Shown here: positions 11,743 through 20,918 of the stretch, in pieces
How the letters are laid out: the number at the start of each line of letters is the position of its first letter
Position numbering within the stretch: the stretch's first letter is position 1
Origin: Diplonema japonicum
Lineage: Eukaryota > Protista > Euglenozoa: Diplonemea
Assembly: GCA_964019335.1 (NCBI GenBank)
Contig: OZ025736.1
Span: 248,001-312,000, forward strand
DNA length: 64,000 bases
Reading direction: 5' to 3'
Translations under genes and position numbers: made by a program
The notes under the pieces: generated by a model
The model's input: the letters and a program-made list of their open reading frames with translations, nothing else
What the model was told of the DNA's origin: nothing
Database searches by the model: none

Positions 11743-12164
11743 TTCAAAAAAAAAAAAACTCAAAGTACAGGACAAGCCCCCCGCTAGAGGGCCGCCCTAT
11801 GGGAGGGGGGGGTCTATCTGTTAATACTCCCCTTCTGGAGCATTGCTTTCATCCCGATTGAAGCCGTGAGCGTCTTGCGGAGTCATGATGCGGTCCCGCT
11901 TGTAGGCGGCTTTCAATTCTATTAGCTTGTCGTGCGTGGAGCGGGTGGCGAAAATAGGCCTCCTGGAGAAACCAATAGCTGCCTTTCCTCCAATGGCGAT
12001 GAGGGACTTCGCTCTTTTTCTCTCGTCCGCTGGGAAGGGGCGTCGCTTCTTCCGTGCCCTGCATGCTGTGTTTATCTTTACGATGAGAGCTTTGATTCTG
12101 CGCGCCCTATCTTCCAACAGGCCTCCCAAAGACTTTCCGGTCGTCCATTCGAAGTCAATGGCCA
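11743..12164. repeat. Interspersed repeat family A, copy 1 (~422 bp)
   Basis: Nearly identical to 14833-15255; I count 6 substitutions and a 2-bp indel, apart from homopolymer-run length. Both copies share the same two boundaries (TTC-A(n)-CTCAAAG ... AATGGCCA). Confidence 0.95.
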
Positions 12165-12279
12165 CCAAAAAATAAAAATTGCACTTTTTTTTTTCTCTTG
12201 TAGGAAAAAAAAAAAAAAAAAAAAAAAAAAAAACATGTTTTTCTTTTTTTTAAATCCCAGCCGCAGTTACGACGGCATG

Positions 12280-12321
<42 letters not shown>

Positions 12322-12326
12322 TCTTT

Positions 12327-13223
12327 TTAGAGCTTCGCTGCAGGCTCCTTGAGCTCAAGGCAGGCGTTGCTGATGCAGACGACACCTGTCTCCTTCACCT
12401 TCGTCTGGAAGGTGATGGTGGAGCCCTCCTTCCACATTTCAACAACGAGGGTTTGACCGGGGAGGACCGGCTTGCTGAAGCGGACCCTAATGGACTTGAA
12501 GAGCGTAGGATCGCTGTTGGCGTAATGCTTGAGAATGAGACGGCACGAGATCCCGAAAGAACAGAGGCCGTGGAGGATGGGCTCCTTGAAGCCGGAAGAT
12601 TTCGCGAACTTGGGGTCGATGTGGAGGGGGTTGTAGTCACCACTAAGGCGGTAGAGGACTGCTTGGTTGATGGTGGTTTTGTACTCCTCGATAGCATCAG
12701 GCGCACGGGAGGGGACAGTGATCTTTTTGGAGAAGGACACACCACTGTCCTTAAAATTCTCCGCACCGACAAGGAACTGCCCACTCACAATTCTGCAATA
12801 CACATCTCCATTTTTGTCGGTGACAAGAGTTTCTTGTTCCACACTTGCACCCGTTCCCTTTTTGAACACACCCAGTAGCCTTTCCTTCAGGATCACATCT
12901 CCCCCCTTCTTCGGCAGCGGTTTCACCATCTCCAGGTACCTTTCCCCGTCCAACCCTACCTTGATCCCCTTCAGAGGTGGCTTCTTCGGCCCCTTTATCA
13001 TCGCCTTAGACGGGAAGTTCACCACATCCTGCTGGTCCCCCTTGAAGCCCAGGACGATTGGGTATGTGGGGAACGCGGCGAATTTTCTGTTCTTTTCGTA
13101 TATAAACTGGTGCTCGTCACAGCCGATCCCAAGGGAGTAGGTCAGCAGGTCACGCCTGTTGTAGGTGGCGGACTGCTCCGTCCATTTGTTCAGGAAGGGG
13201 GCTGTCTCGGTGGGCTCGGACAT
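12327..13223 (-). CDS. Enoyl-CoA hydratase 2 (MaoC-like double hot-dog dehydratase), peroxisomal/glycosomal
   Basis: Hydratase-2 motif YRLSGDYNPLHIDP and PILHGLCSFG; C-terminal AKL is a PTS1 signal. Confidence 0.95.
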   Translation of the reverse strand: MSEPTETAPFLNKWTEQSATYNRRDLLTYSLGIGCDEHQFIYEKNRKFAAFPTYPIVLGFKGDQQDVVNFPSKAMIKGPKKPPLKGIKVGLDGERYLEMVKPLPKKGGDVILKERLLGVFKKGTGASVEQETLVTDKNGDVYCRIVSGQFLVGAENFKDSGVSFSKKITVPSRAPDAIEEYKTTINQAVLYRLSGDYNPLHIDPKFAKSSGFKEPILHGLCSFGISCRLILKHYANSDPTLFKSIRVRFSKPVLPGQTLVVEMWKEGSTITFQTKVKETGVVCISNACLELKEPAAKL

Positions 13224-13619
13224 GGTTTCTTTTTTTTTTTTTTTTTACCCTCCCTTTTTTTGTCGAATTTGTTTGAATTATTGGCTTGGTTGTTCTTCAC
13301 CCATGCAACATGGAGCACGGCAGCGGTGGACGTTGACTGCCCGCTTTTTTTCTCTTTTTTTCTTTCCCCCTCCCATAAAAAAAACAGAATTACCGGATAA
13401 CAACACCACAATAGGTTAACAAAAAAGAGAAAAATAAATGTCAAGGGGGGGGGGTGGGAAGGAGAGGTGGGTTGGAGGGGTAAAAAAAAAAAAAAAAGAA
13501 AAATGATGGGGAAACCCGGGTGGGGGAGGGGGTTACAAAAAAAAAAACACTCGGAAAAAAAAAAAAAGAGGGGGTAAAAAAAAAGCCCAAAAAGACAAAA
13601 AAAACAGGGGGGAAGGGGT

Positions 13620-13979
13620 CTAGTGCCAGCGCTGCTTCTCGTACCTCTGGGACTCCCACACACAAATTTCCCACGTGCCAAAAATCATGGCGAAACCCAC
13701 GGCGAAAGGGGGTGCCATGTACTTGGTCCTCCTCCAAACTCTCCCCTGCATCTTCTTGAACCAGTTGCCCCAACCTGCGTCAAGGCGCATGTCCATCCAC
13801 GTCGTCTGCTTCACAACGTACTGCGCACCAGAGGGAGTGGCATTGAACTTGTGTCCCGCCTTACCGCCCCCGTACCCGGTCATGTAGGCCTCGTGATCCT
13901 TCATCCTCTGCTTGGTGTAGTTTGACTTGAGCCCACACGTGCGCGGGCCAACGGGGCTGTAGAAGCCAGCAGATGCCAT
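13620..13979 (-). CDS. Putative cytochrome bc1 complex subunit 8 (QCR8/UQCRQ-like)
   Basis: 119 aa with the QCR8-type layout: basic amphipathic GNWFKKMQGRVWRRTKY, then MAPPF, one TM helix and a short charged tail. ATG follows an A-run. Confidence 0.55.
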   Translation of the reverse strand: MASAGFYSPVGPRTCGLKSNYTKQRMKDHEAYMTGYGGGKAGHKFNATPSGAQYVVKQTTWMDMRLDAGWGNWFKKMQGRVWRRTKYMAPPFAVGFAMIFGTWEICVWESQRYEKQRWH

Positions 13980-14832
13980 TTTTTTTCTTTTTTTTTTCCC
14001 GCTTTCCTATTTCAGATGTGGTTTTGCTTTATAAATAGGAGGGGGGGAAAAATAAACTAACCAGAACACGGACACCAGATTTTTTTTTTTTTTTTTTCTG
14101 GGGGTTTTTTTTTTTTTCTAACTCCAAATAAAAAAAAAATTCTTTTGATAGCAATAGCAAACGAAAAAAGAAGAAAGAAATCTCAATACAGCTTTTTTTT
14201 TTTTCTTTTTTTTTTCTTCTCCTCCTACTTTTCCTTCAACAGGCACGGAGCATCCTTGCCCACAATCTTTTTTTTTTTACATGAAGAATAACAAAAAAAG
14301 AGAGAGAAAAAAAAAGTAGCACGTAGGTGTTTTCTTTTTAAATTAAATATGCCATCATAAAAGGGGGGTGGTGGAGGTGCGGGAAAATATCTACGCAGAA
14401 GATTACAAAAAAACAAAGAGAGAACTCAATAAAAAAAGCCAACGAAACGGAGTAGCATTGCGTCCCGTACCCACCTGATCTTTACTTGCATCTTGTCGAT
14501 GTCCGTGGTGCTGTTTTCTCAAAATACCTTTTTTAAAAAAAAAGGGGGGGAGCTAAACTGTATTCACCCTTTTTTCCTTTTTTTTTTTTTTTTTTCCCTT
14601 CTCCAATAGATAATCCTGATGTGTTGCTGTTTCTTTATGGAAAAGGGAGAGAGAGAGATAGAAGAGGGAGAGAAAAAAAAAAAAAAAACTAGGTGCCTTT
14701 TTTTTTTTTTTTTTTTTTTTTGTGGTGTTTTAGCCCCCTTCCACGTTGCGCCTTTAACCGCACGTCGTAGAAAGAGGCCCACCCTCGTAGTACTCCGTAA
14801 GGACCAGTGACAAGCGCCCCATCATCGGGCAC

Positions 14833-15255
14833 TTCAAAAAAAAAAAACTCAAAGTACAGGACAAGCCCCCCGCTAGAGGGCCGCCCTATGGGAGGGGGGG
14901 GTCTATCTGTTAATACTCCCCTTCTGGAGCATTGCTTTCATTCCGATTGAGGCCGTGAGCGTCTTGCGGAGTCGTGTGATGCGGTCCCGCTTGTAGTCGG
15001 CTTTCAATTCCATTAGCTTGTCGTGCGTGGAGCGGGTGGCGAAAATAGGCCTCCTGGAGAAACCAATAGCTGCCTTTCCTCCAATGGCGATGAGGGACTT
15101 CACTCTTTTTCTCTCGTCCGCTGGGAAGGGGCGTCGCTTCTTCCGTGCCCTGCATGCTGTGTTTATCTTTACGATGAGAGCTTTGATTCTGCGCGCCCTA
15201 TCTTCCAGCAGGCCTCCCAAAGACTTTCCGGTCGTCCATTCGAAGTCAATGGCCA
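14833..15255. repeat. Interspersed repeat family A, copy 2 (~423 bp)
   Basis: Direct repeat of 11743-12164 in the same orientation. On the minus strand it is open in one frame from its left boundary to TAG at 14903-14905. Confidence 0.95.
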
Positions 15256-15422
15256 GTTCCAAAAAAAAAAAAAAAAACCTTTTTTTCCAAGAAATTCTCA
15301 CAGTAATTTTCCCTCCTTCTACATTTTTTTTTTTTTTTTTTTTTTTTTCTTCCATCATGAAAGAAGAAGAAAAAAAGGGAGGTGAGGAAACATGAAAATA
15401 CTCAAAAGCTTAGAAGAGAGAG

Positions 15423-15456
<34 letters not shown>

Positions 15457-15465
15457 AAGAAGAAA

Positions 15466-15733
15466 AGAGAGACTATTTCCTGCAGTATGTGGCAGGGCGC
15501 CCTGCTCAAGCATCGTCTACTTCATTACAGGCGGCGCGCCTCGGGCTAATTGTAGCTTCTTCTGCGTGTTCCGCGTCGTGTCCTTAATGCGTGCGGTGTG
15601 CAACTCAACCCCAGCCAGGGCCTCCGGTTACCAAGATTCTGAGCCCGTGCAGTTTGCTGCCTGTTCGTCACCCTGAGCATCTGCATTACTGATGTACTTT
15701 TCATATTTCCATATTTCTGTGTTATCCCCACCA

Positions 15734-15769
<36 letters not shown>
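15466..15769 (+). repeat. Interspersed repeat family B, copy 2, with 5' hairpin and A35 tail
   Basis: Homologous to 4206-4489. It ends CCCCACCAC-A35. Its head GAGAGAC..ATTT..CCTGCAGTATGTGGCAGGGCGCC recurs at 378-418. Confidence 0.85.
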
Positions 15770-15770
<1 letters not shown>

Positions 15771-16053
15771 AGAATGATAGTTGTTAGCGATAACTCCCTC
15801 TAATCCTTTTCAGCAGTATGCTGTTCACCTCGATTGCCACGGTGGATCGTAAAGATCCAACGTACTTTCTTTTTGCATTGCTGCGCCGCGAGCGACGCGT
15901 GTTTTTTTTTTTTTTTTTTGTTTCTTTTTGTTTTTGTCCGACCCGCAGCGTACCAGGAAATTAAAAAAGAAAAAAAAAAAACACACACGCCGCTTTCTTT
16001 TTTTTTTTATATTTGTTTGTCAATATTCGTTAAAATAAAACCGAACGCAAAGA

Positions 16054-16085
<32 letters not shown>

Positions 16086-16116
16086 GAAAAAAAAAATACC
16101 CCCTTTTCTTTTTTCT

Positions 16117-17646
16117 TCAATCAGTTGCGGTGAGATACGGGTGACTAGTTTTTTTTTTTTTTTTTTTTTTTTTTTTCCTCCTCCCCTCCACTACACACCT
16201 CAACAGCACGCCAGCAGACAGCCTATCCAAAGGACTATCCCCCAAACAACTGCAAATAAAATCAAAAAAGTGCTCGGGAAGAGCTTCAGAAAGATCGACC
16301 CCTGTTGGCGGGTAACCATAAGGCTGGAAAGGCGGCACCTTATAAGTATCCGGGTTACCAATAACACGCGACACATTCACCCCATACAGCCCCAGGAGGG
16401 TAATCCCCAAGGCATAAACATCAGTCAAGTGGGAAGTGACACAATGAGGAGGGTTGAACGCTTCAGGGGCTAAGTACTGCAGCGTGCCTTCAACGGTTGT
16501 GGACCGCACTTCTTCATAAGCATCAGCCTGCTTAGACAACCCGAAGTCGGAAAGTTTGTACACACAACCTGCATCGAGGATGTTCTCAGGTTTTAAATCA
16601 CGATGCACCCATTCCTTTGACCTCAGGTAGTGAAGGGCTTCGAGCATATCCTTAGCGACGCGCCGTACTTGTGCACCATCGAGCATCTGCAGCTTATCCT
16701 CATTCAACGAACGTCCTTTGCAGTACTCCATGACACACCATAACTCATTCTGTTTCTTGTAGTAGTACGCACCGTAGTACCCGACGACGTTGGTGTGGTC
16801 GATGTTCGTGAGAACGACAAGCTCGTTGAGGGCAGCGTCTCGTATGTCCCCTGATTTAGGGTCCTCTAGGGTTTCTAAAGGGAGGATTTTAACAGCGACC
16901 TCGCTTCTGTCATCGATCATGGTCCCGTGGTATACTGTCCCGTAGCCGCCCTTCCCGATCAGGAGGGGCATGGAGTCGTCGTTGTGGGTTAGTGTGAGGA
17001 CGTCCTCAGGGTGCGAGGAGGACACGTGTGACATGAGCTGTTCTTGTTTGGCTTTCATCATGCGTTGGAATTCTGTGCGGGCTACTTTTCTTATGACGTC
17101 TGAACCATCGCTGAAACCTGAGTGGCGGCGCATGTCGAACTTTCCCCCGTCGCTGGCCATTTCCCATGGGCTGCCAGTGTCGGATTCATTGTCGTTATGT
17201 TCATGAATGATCATGGTGGCCTGTGTGGAGCCTAGTCTGCATGATCTGTTCGTGTTGCGCATTATCATTGTCCCGAGGTCCTCGTCGTCGGTGGACATAA
17301 AGGAGTCTGAGAATACGGACATGCGGGGGCGGAATTTTGTGTTGCAGAATAGTAGCCCGAGTCCTTCTTCGTGTTTGTTGACCAGGTCCCCCCATGCCTT
17401 GTGCGCTTCTGTTACGATCGCTGCTTGAACGGCCGCCTCGTACTCCACAAGGTTCTGTATTGATATTGTTAAGAGCTTTGTGTATTTTTCTTGCAGATCT
17501 TGGATTTGTCCTCGGGGGGACAGTGGCATGCTAGCTCTTCTTAAGGCAGCTGCGCATAATGGTTTTTTTTCTTCTTCCAATAGAGTCAGCAGCTTTTCAC
17601 CGGATAGCAGCCCGCTTGCATTCGGGCTGTTGGGAGAGGACGACAT
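16117..17646 (-). CDS. Ser/Thr protein kinase with long N-terminal extension; intron 16145-16198
   Basis: IGKGGYGTVY, VAVK, HRDLKPEN, DFG and GTLQYLAPE motifs. Removing the 54-nt A-tract intron restores the usual kinase ending LLSHPYL. Confidence 0.92.
   Translation of the reverse strand: MSSSPNSPNASGLLSGEKLLTLLEEEKKPLCAAALRRASMPLSPRGQIQDLQEKYTKLLTISIQNLVEYEAAVQAAIVTEAHKAWGDLVNKHEEGLGLLFCNTKFRPRMSVFSDSFMSTDDEDLGTMIMRNTNRSCRLGSTQATMIIHEHNDNESDTGSPWEMASDGGKFDMRRHSGFSDGSDVIRKVARTEFQRMMKAKQEQLMSHVSSSHPEDVLTLTHNDDSMPLLIGKGGYGTVYHGTMIDDRSEVAVKILPLETLEDPKSGDIRDAALNELVVLTNIDHTNVVGYYGAYYYKKQNELWCVMEYCKGRSLNEDKLQMLDGAQVRRVAKDMLEALHYLRSKEWVHRDLKPENILDAGCVYKLSDFGLSKQADAYEEVRSTTVEGTLQYLAPEAFNPPHCVTSHLTDVYALGITLLGLYGVNVSRVIGNPDTYKVPPFQPYGYPPTGVDLSEALPEHFFDFICSCLGDSPLDRLSAGVLLRCVVEGRRKKKKKKKKKTSHPYLTATD
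16145..16198 (-). other. Poly(A)-filled GT-AG mini-intron (54 nt, phase 2)
   Basis: GTGTGTAGTGGAGGGGAGGAGG-A28-CTAG; splicing restores kinase subdomain XI. Confidence 0.88.
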
Positions 17647-17951
17647 CAAAGGTACTCTCTTTATGTTTTTTTTTTTTCTCTTTTCTTTTTGTTTCGCGTT
17701 TTCTTTTTTTTTTCTCTTTTTTTTTGCTTTCTTATATTGCCATTTCTTTTCTTTTTTTTTTTTACGCCCCCCTTTCTTCTCCTGTGGAATTACGGTGGTA
17801 TGGAAGTGAGAAAAAAAAGGAAAGAGAAGGCCAGCAGTATTCTGCAAAAATCAACAAGGTACAATAAGTTTAAAAAAAAAAAAAAAAAAAAAAAAAGGAA
17901 AGGCCATGCAGCATTCACAGATAAATACAAAAAGAAATAAGGGAAAGGGCC

Positions 17952-20816
17952 TCAGTGGGTTTTAGAGACAATTACAAACGTATGGTTGGGCCCCGATGCA
18001 ACAGCAGTCACCCTATGACGCGTGTTCCTGATGGACGGAGGCAGGGTGATGAAGCCTGGGGTAGGAACTGCGTTGTGGTGATGAAGGCCTAGCTGCCCGT
18101 GGTGATTGCCGCCTGTGGTGAAGAGCCTCCCATCGGCAGTCAGAGAGATGATGTGGAGCGTCCCCATGGCAGCCTGATGGATGTTGAGGAACTTGAAGAG
18201 CTCGTAGGGCTTTGGTATGGTTGTCAGGATGCCTGACGAAGCAGTACCCCACACAATAACCCTTCCCGACTGAGTGAGGGCTAGTGACCCCTGAGTCCCT
18301 GCACCTACACTGCATATCGGGTCTTGCGGGTTGCACAAGCTGGCCAGCAGCCTTGGAGATGCCACCACTGTGTCGTGGCCCAGCCCCAGCCTGCCGTCGT
18401 CGTTCCTCCCCCACACATAGACGTGCATCCCGTTGTCCACCATTGCCACGCTGTGCTGTGCACCCACTGCGATCTTAACCACCTGCGAGCCTATCGGTGC
18501 TGGGATCGCCACCTTCTGAGGCACTGTTGCAAACGTCACTGTAGCTGAGCTACCGATTCCAAGCTGCTGTGCTTTGTTGCATCCCCACGTGTACACCAGT
18601 CCGCTGCTCGTCAAGCACACAGTGTGCCTTGCTCCTGCTGCCACTGATATCACCTGTTGTCCTTCAAGTGCTGTCACACAGTTGGGTGTTTCCTGTCGGT
18701 CTATGTGTCCCAGCCCGAGCTGCCCCACATCATTTAGCCCCCAGCAGTAAACGGTGCCCTCAACTGTTACAGCCACGGAGTGCTCGGCCCCGCAAGCCAG
18801 CTGCAAAACATCTGTGCCACTGAGGCTGTACACAGGTGTTGGGGTAGAGATTGAAGTCCGGTGGCCAAGCCCCAGTTGCCCGCTGGTGTTTTTCCCGAAA
18901 GCATACACCCTGCCGTCGTCAGCTGTGCATAATGTGTGGCCCTCGCCTGTTGCGACGGAGCTCACGCTGCCACTGCCGGTCTGTGACAGGGCGACCTCAA
19001 CGGGTCGTTCCACGAGGTTCCCATGGCTGTCCACTCCCAGCTGTCCCGAGTCATTCTTCCCAAACACCAAGAGTACCCTCTTGGCCATCGGGGAGAAGGC
19101 CTCGTGGGTTGTGAGCACTGTAGAAGGGTCTATATCAGCTTCAGGTGGTACCCACGACACGTCTTTTGGCGGCGACATAGGGGGCACCAATGGCTCAACG
19201 GCCGGGGGTGGGGGACGTTCAAGAAAACGTTCAGAACCAGGAGACGGCGGGTAAGACACAGTCTTTTCGGGAAGAGAGTGGAAGAGGGAGCGAGCACGTG
19301 ACGGCGGGGAATGGCTGCTGTCGGGTGAGGAAGCTGAGGACAGCGTCAGAGCGCTGCATTCTCGAATAACGGCAGATACGTCGACACGTGCCGTTTGGAG
19401 GAAGTGCAGAACATTGTTGATGTCTGGGTCTTGCCGGGGCTGCACAGGTTCCGTCTTCACTTTTGCCATCATCTCTGTCACCTTGTGCAAACCGCGCTGG
19501 AAGTGCACATCACTGTTCGCCGTCATCGTCGTTGACAAGTACTCGTGCAAATCGTCCGCTTTTGCGTTGTTGTTCTGCATATCTATGGCTAGCTTGTCAA
19601 GCTTGCCACGCACCTCATGATGCTTGGCTTTCGCTTCATCAATCAGCTTGAGCCCTGCCTCGCGTATCTTCTCGGTAACCTGTTTGACCTGCTGCATGAT
19701 GCCGTCCACCAGTGCTTCGTACTCATGTGTCGAGCGCATGTTGAGGTCCTCGAGCTCGCCGTAGGTCGCCTTCATGCGTCCCATGTACACAGACAGGTCG
19801 TCTTGCTTTGTTGCGAACAGGAGCTTTTCACGCTTCACGGCCTCCTTCAACTGCTCGTATTGGTCAATGGTCTGTGGCGATAGGAGCACACACTTCATGC
19901 ACTCCAAGGTGCCTGTCTTTTTTGACACAAACTCAAACGGCTCCCCCGACACAGAGCACAGTGTTGATGGGTCGGTGAGCTCTATCGTGTACGTGAGCAT
20001 GTACCTAGGAGCAGCTTGGTGAGGGTGGTACAGCACTGTGTACTCGACATCGTCGTGCGATATCGCAGGAAGCACCACAGCGTCGTGGCCCTGGGCGGTG
20101 AGGTCGTCGTAGGACATGGTGGGGACAGGGTCGGAAACGACCAGTGGCACACCCAAGGCAGCCTCGCAGATGAGCAGCTTGTTCGTCATCATTGGGCTCG
20201 GCATTCCTTCCGCCCCAACGGACTTGATGTTGCTTCCAAACACCATAGCGCCCCTCCCGAACTGCGATATCTCAGTAGGGAGCTCGAACCCGCGTGCTGC
20301 CATGCTTTTGATAGCTTTCTTGTCGCCGCCCACACATACTAGCGCTACATTTTCCGGGTCAGCAAGCTGCCGTCTTCGTATCTGGTACACGTGCTCACAC
20401 TGAGGGTTTGTTAACTGTTCCACCTTGGTCAGCAAGACTCTGCAGCCCTGCTGTGACCGTTTGTAGGGTTCCACATAGTTGTCTAAAATGCTTCTGCAAT
20501 CGTTGAACTCCTTGGACCCCGTCGGTACCAGCTCCTTCGTCAGCATAGGGGGCCCCTCCGAGTACCGAACCCACAGCTTCGCTTTTGCAGACGGCCCCAC
20601 CACAGTTATGTCGTCCCACAACCCTGTGTCCATGTTGTAGGCCCGCACCTCCTCCACCCCGCCCAAGGCCATCCCCAGTTTCTCCTCAAGGACACCGCAC
20701 AACACATCGTAGCTGTACGGAACAGGGAGCTCTACATGTATCCTTGGGTCCTCTATCTGCGGGCCGACGACAAAGAACTCATAAGGTTGTAGATGAACGA
20801 TCGGGCTGTCATACAT
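17952..20816 (-). CDS. Multidomain protein: divergent PARP-catalytic-like domain, B-box-like Cys cluster, coiled coil, Pro-rich linker, RCC1 repeat propeller
   Basis: RCC1 repeats are unambiguous (FGKNDSGQLG, WGLNDVGQLGLG, GGNHHGQLG). The N-terminal region has PARP-like motifs (KVEQLTNP, QFGRG, KLLICEAALG, EYTVLYHPHQAAPRYMLTY). First in-frame ATG after the CCCCAG/CCACAG acceptors is 20816. Confidence 0.85.
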   Translation of the reverse strand: MYDSPIVHLQPYEFFVVGPQIEDPRIHVELPVPYSYDVLCGVLEEKLGMALGGVEEVRAYNMDTGLWDDITVVGPSAKAKLWVRYSEGPPMLTKELVPTGSKEFNDCRSILDNYVEPYKRSQQGCRVLLTKVEQLTNPQCEHVYQIRRRQLADPENVALVCVGGDKKAIKSMAARGFELPTEISQFGRGAMVFGSNIKSVGAEGMPSPMMTNKLLICEAALGVPLVVSDPVPTMSYDDLTAQGHDAVVLPAISHDDVEYTVLYHPHQAAPRYMLTYTIELTDPSTLCSVSGEPFEFVSKKTGTLECMKCVLLSPQTIDQYEQLKEAVKREKLLFATKQDDLSVYMGRMKATYGELEDLNMRSTHEYEALVDGIMQQVKQVTEKIREAGLKLIDEAKAKHHEVRGKLDKLAIDMQNNNAKADDLHEYLSTTMTANSDVHFQRGLHKVTEMMAKVKTEPVQPRQDPDINNVLHFLQTARVDVSAVIRECSALTLSSASSPDSSHSPPSRARSLFHSLPEKTVSYPPSPGSERFLERPPPPAVEPLVPPMSPPKDVSWVPPEADIDPSTVLTTHEAFSPMAKRVLLVFGKNDSGQLGVDSHGNLVERPVEVALSQTGSGSVSSVATGEGHTLCTADDGRVYAFGKNTSGQLGLGHRTSISTPTPVYSLSGTDVLQLACGAEHSVAVTVEGTVYCWGLNDVGQLGLGHIDRQETPNCVTALEGQQVISVAAGARHTVCLTSSGLVYTWGCNKAQQLGIGSSATVTFATVPQKVAIPAPIGSQVVKIAVGAQHSVAMVDNGMHVYVWGRNDDGRLGLGHDTVVASPRLLASLCNPQDPICSVGAGTQGSLALTQSGRVIVWGTASSGILTTIPKPYELFKFLNIHQAAMGTLHIISLTADGRLFTTGGNHHGQLGLHHHNAVPTPGFITLPPSIRNTRHRVTAVASGPNHTFVIVSKTH

Positions 20817-20918
20817 GCTTCCTGTGGCTGCTTTCTGAAACTGGGGTAATTGAAAAGGGGTTTTTTTCATTCTTTTGAACACAAAAGGCGGCCTGTAAAG
20901 ACCTCCTGTCGATTGGCG

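Noticed and set aside
11743-12164. Repeat A as RNase P/MRP RNA because of GGAAAGTC and GGGGGGCTT on the minus strand
   Set aside because: The P4 pairing would be mostly G-U, other conserved regions are not evident, and the synonymous substitutions favour a coding origin.
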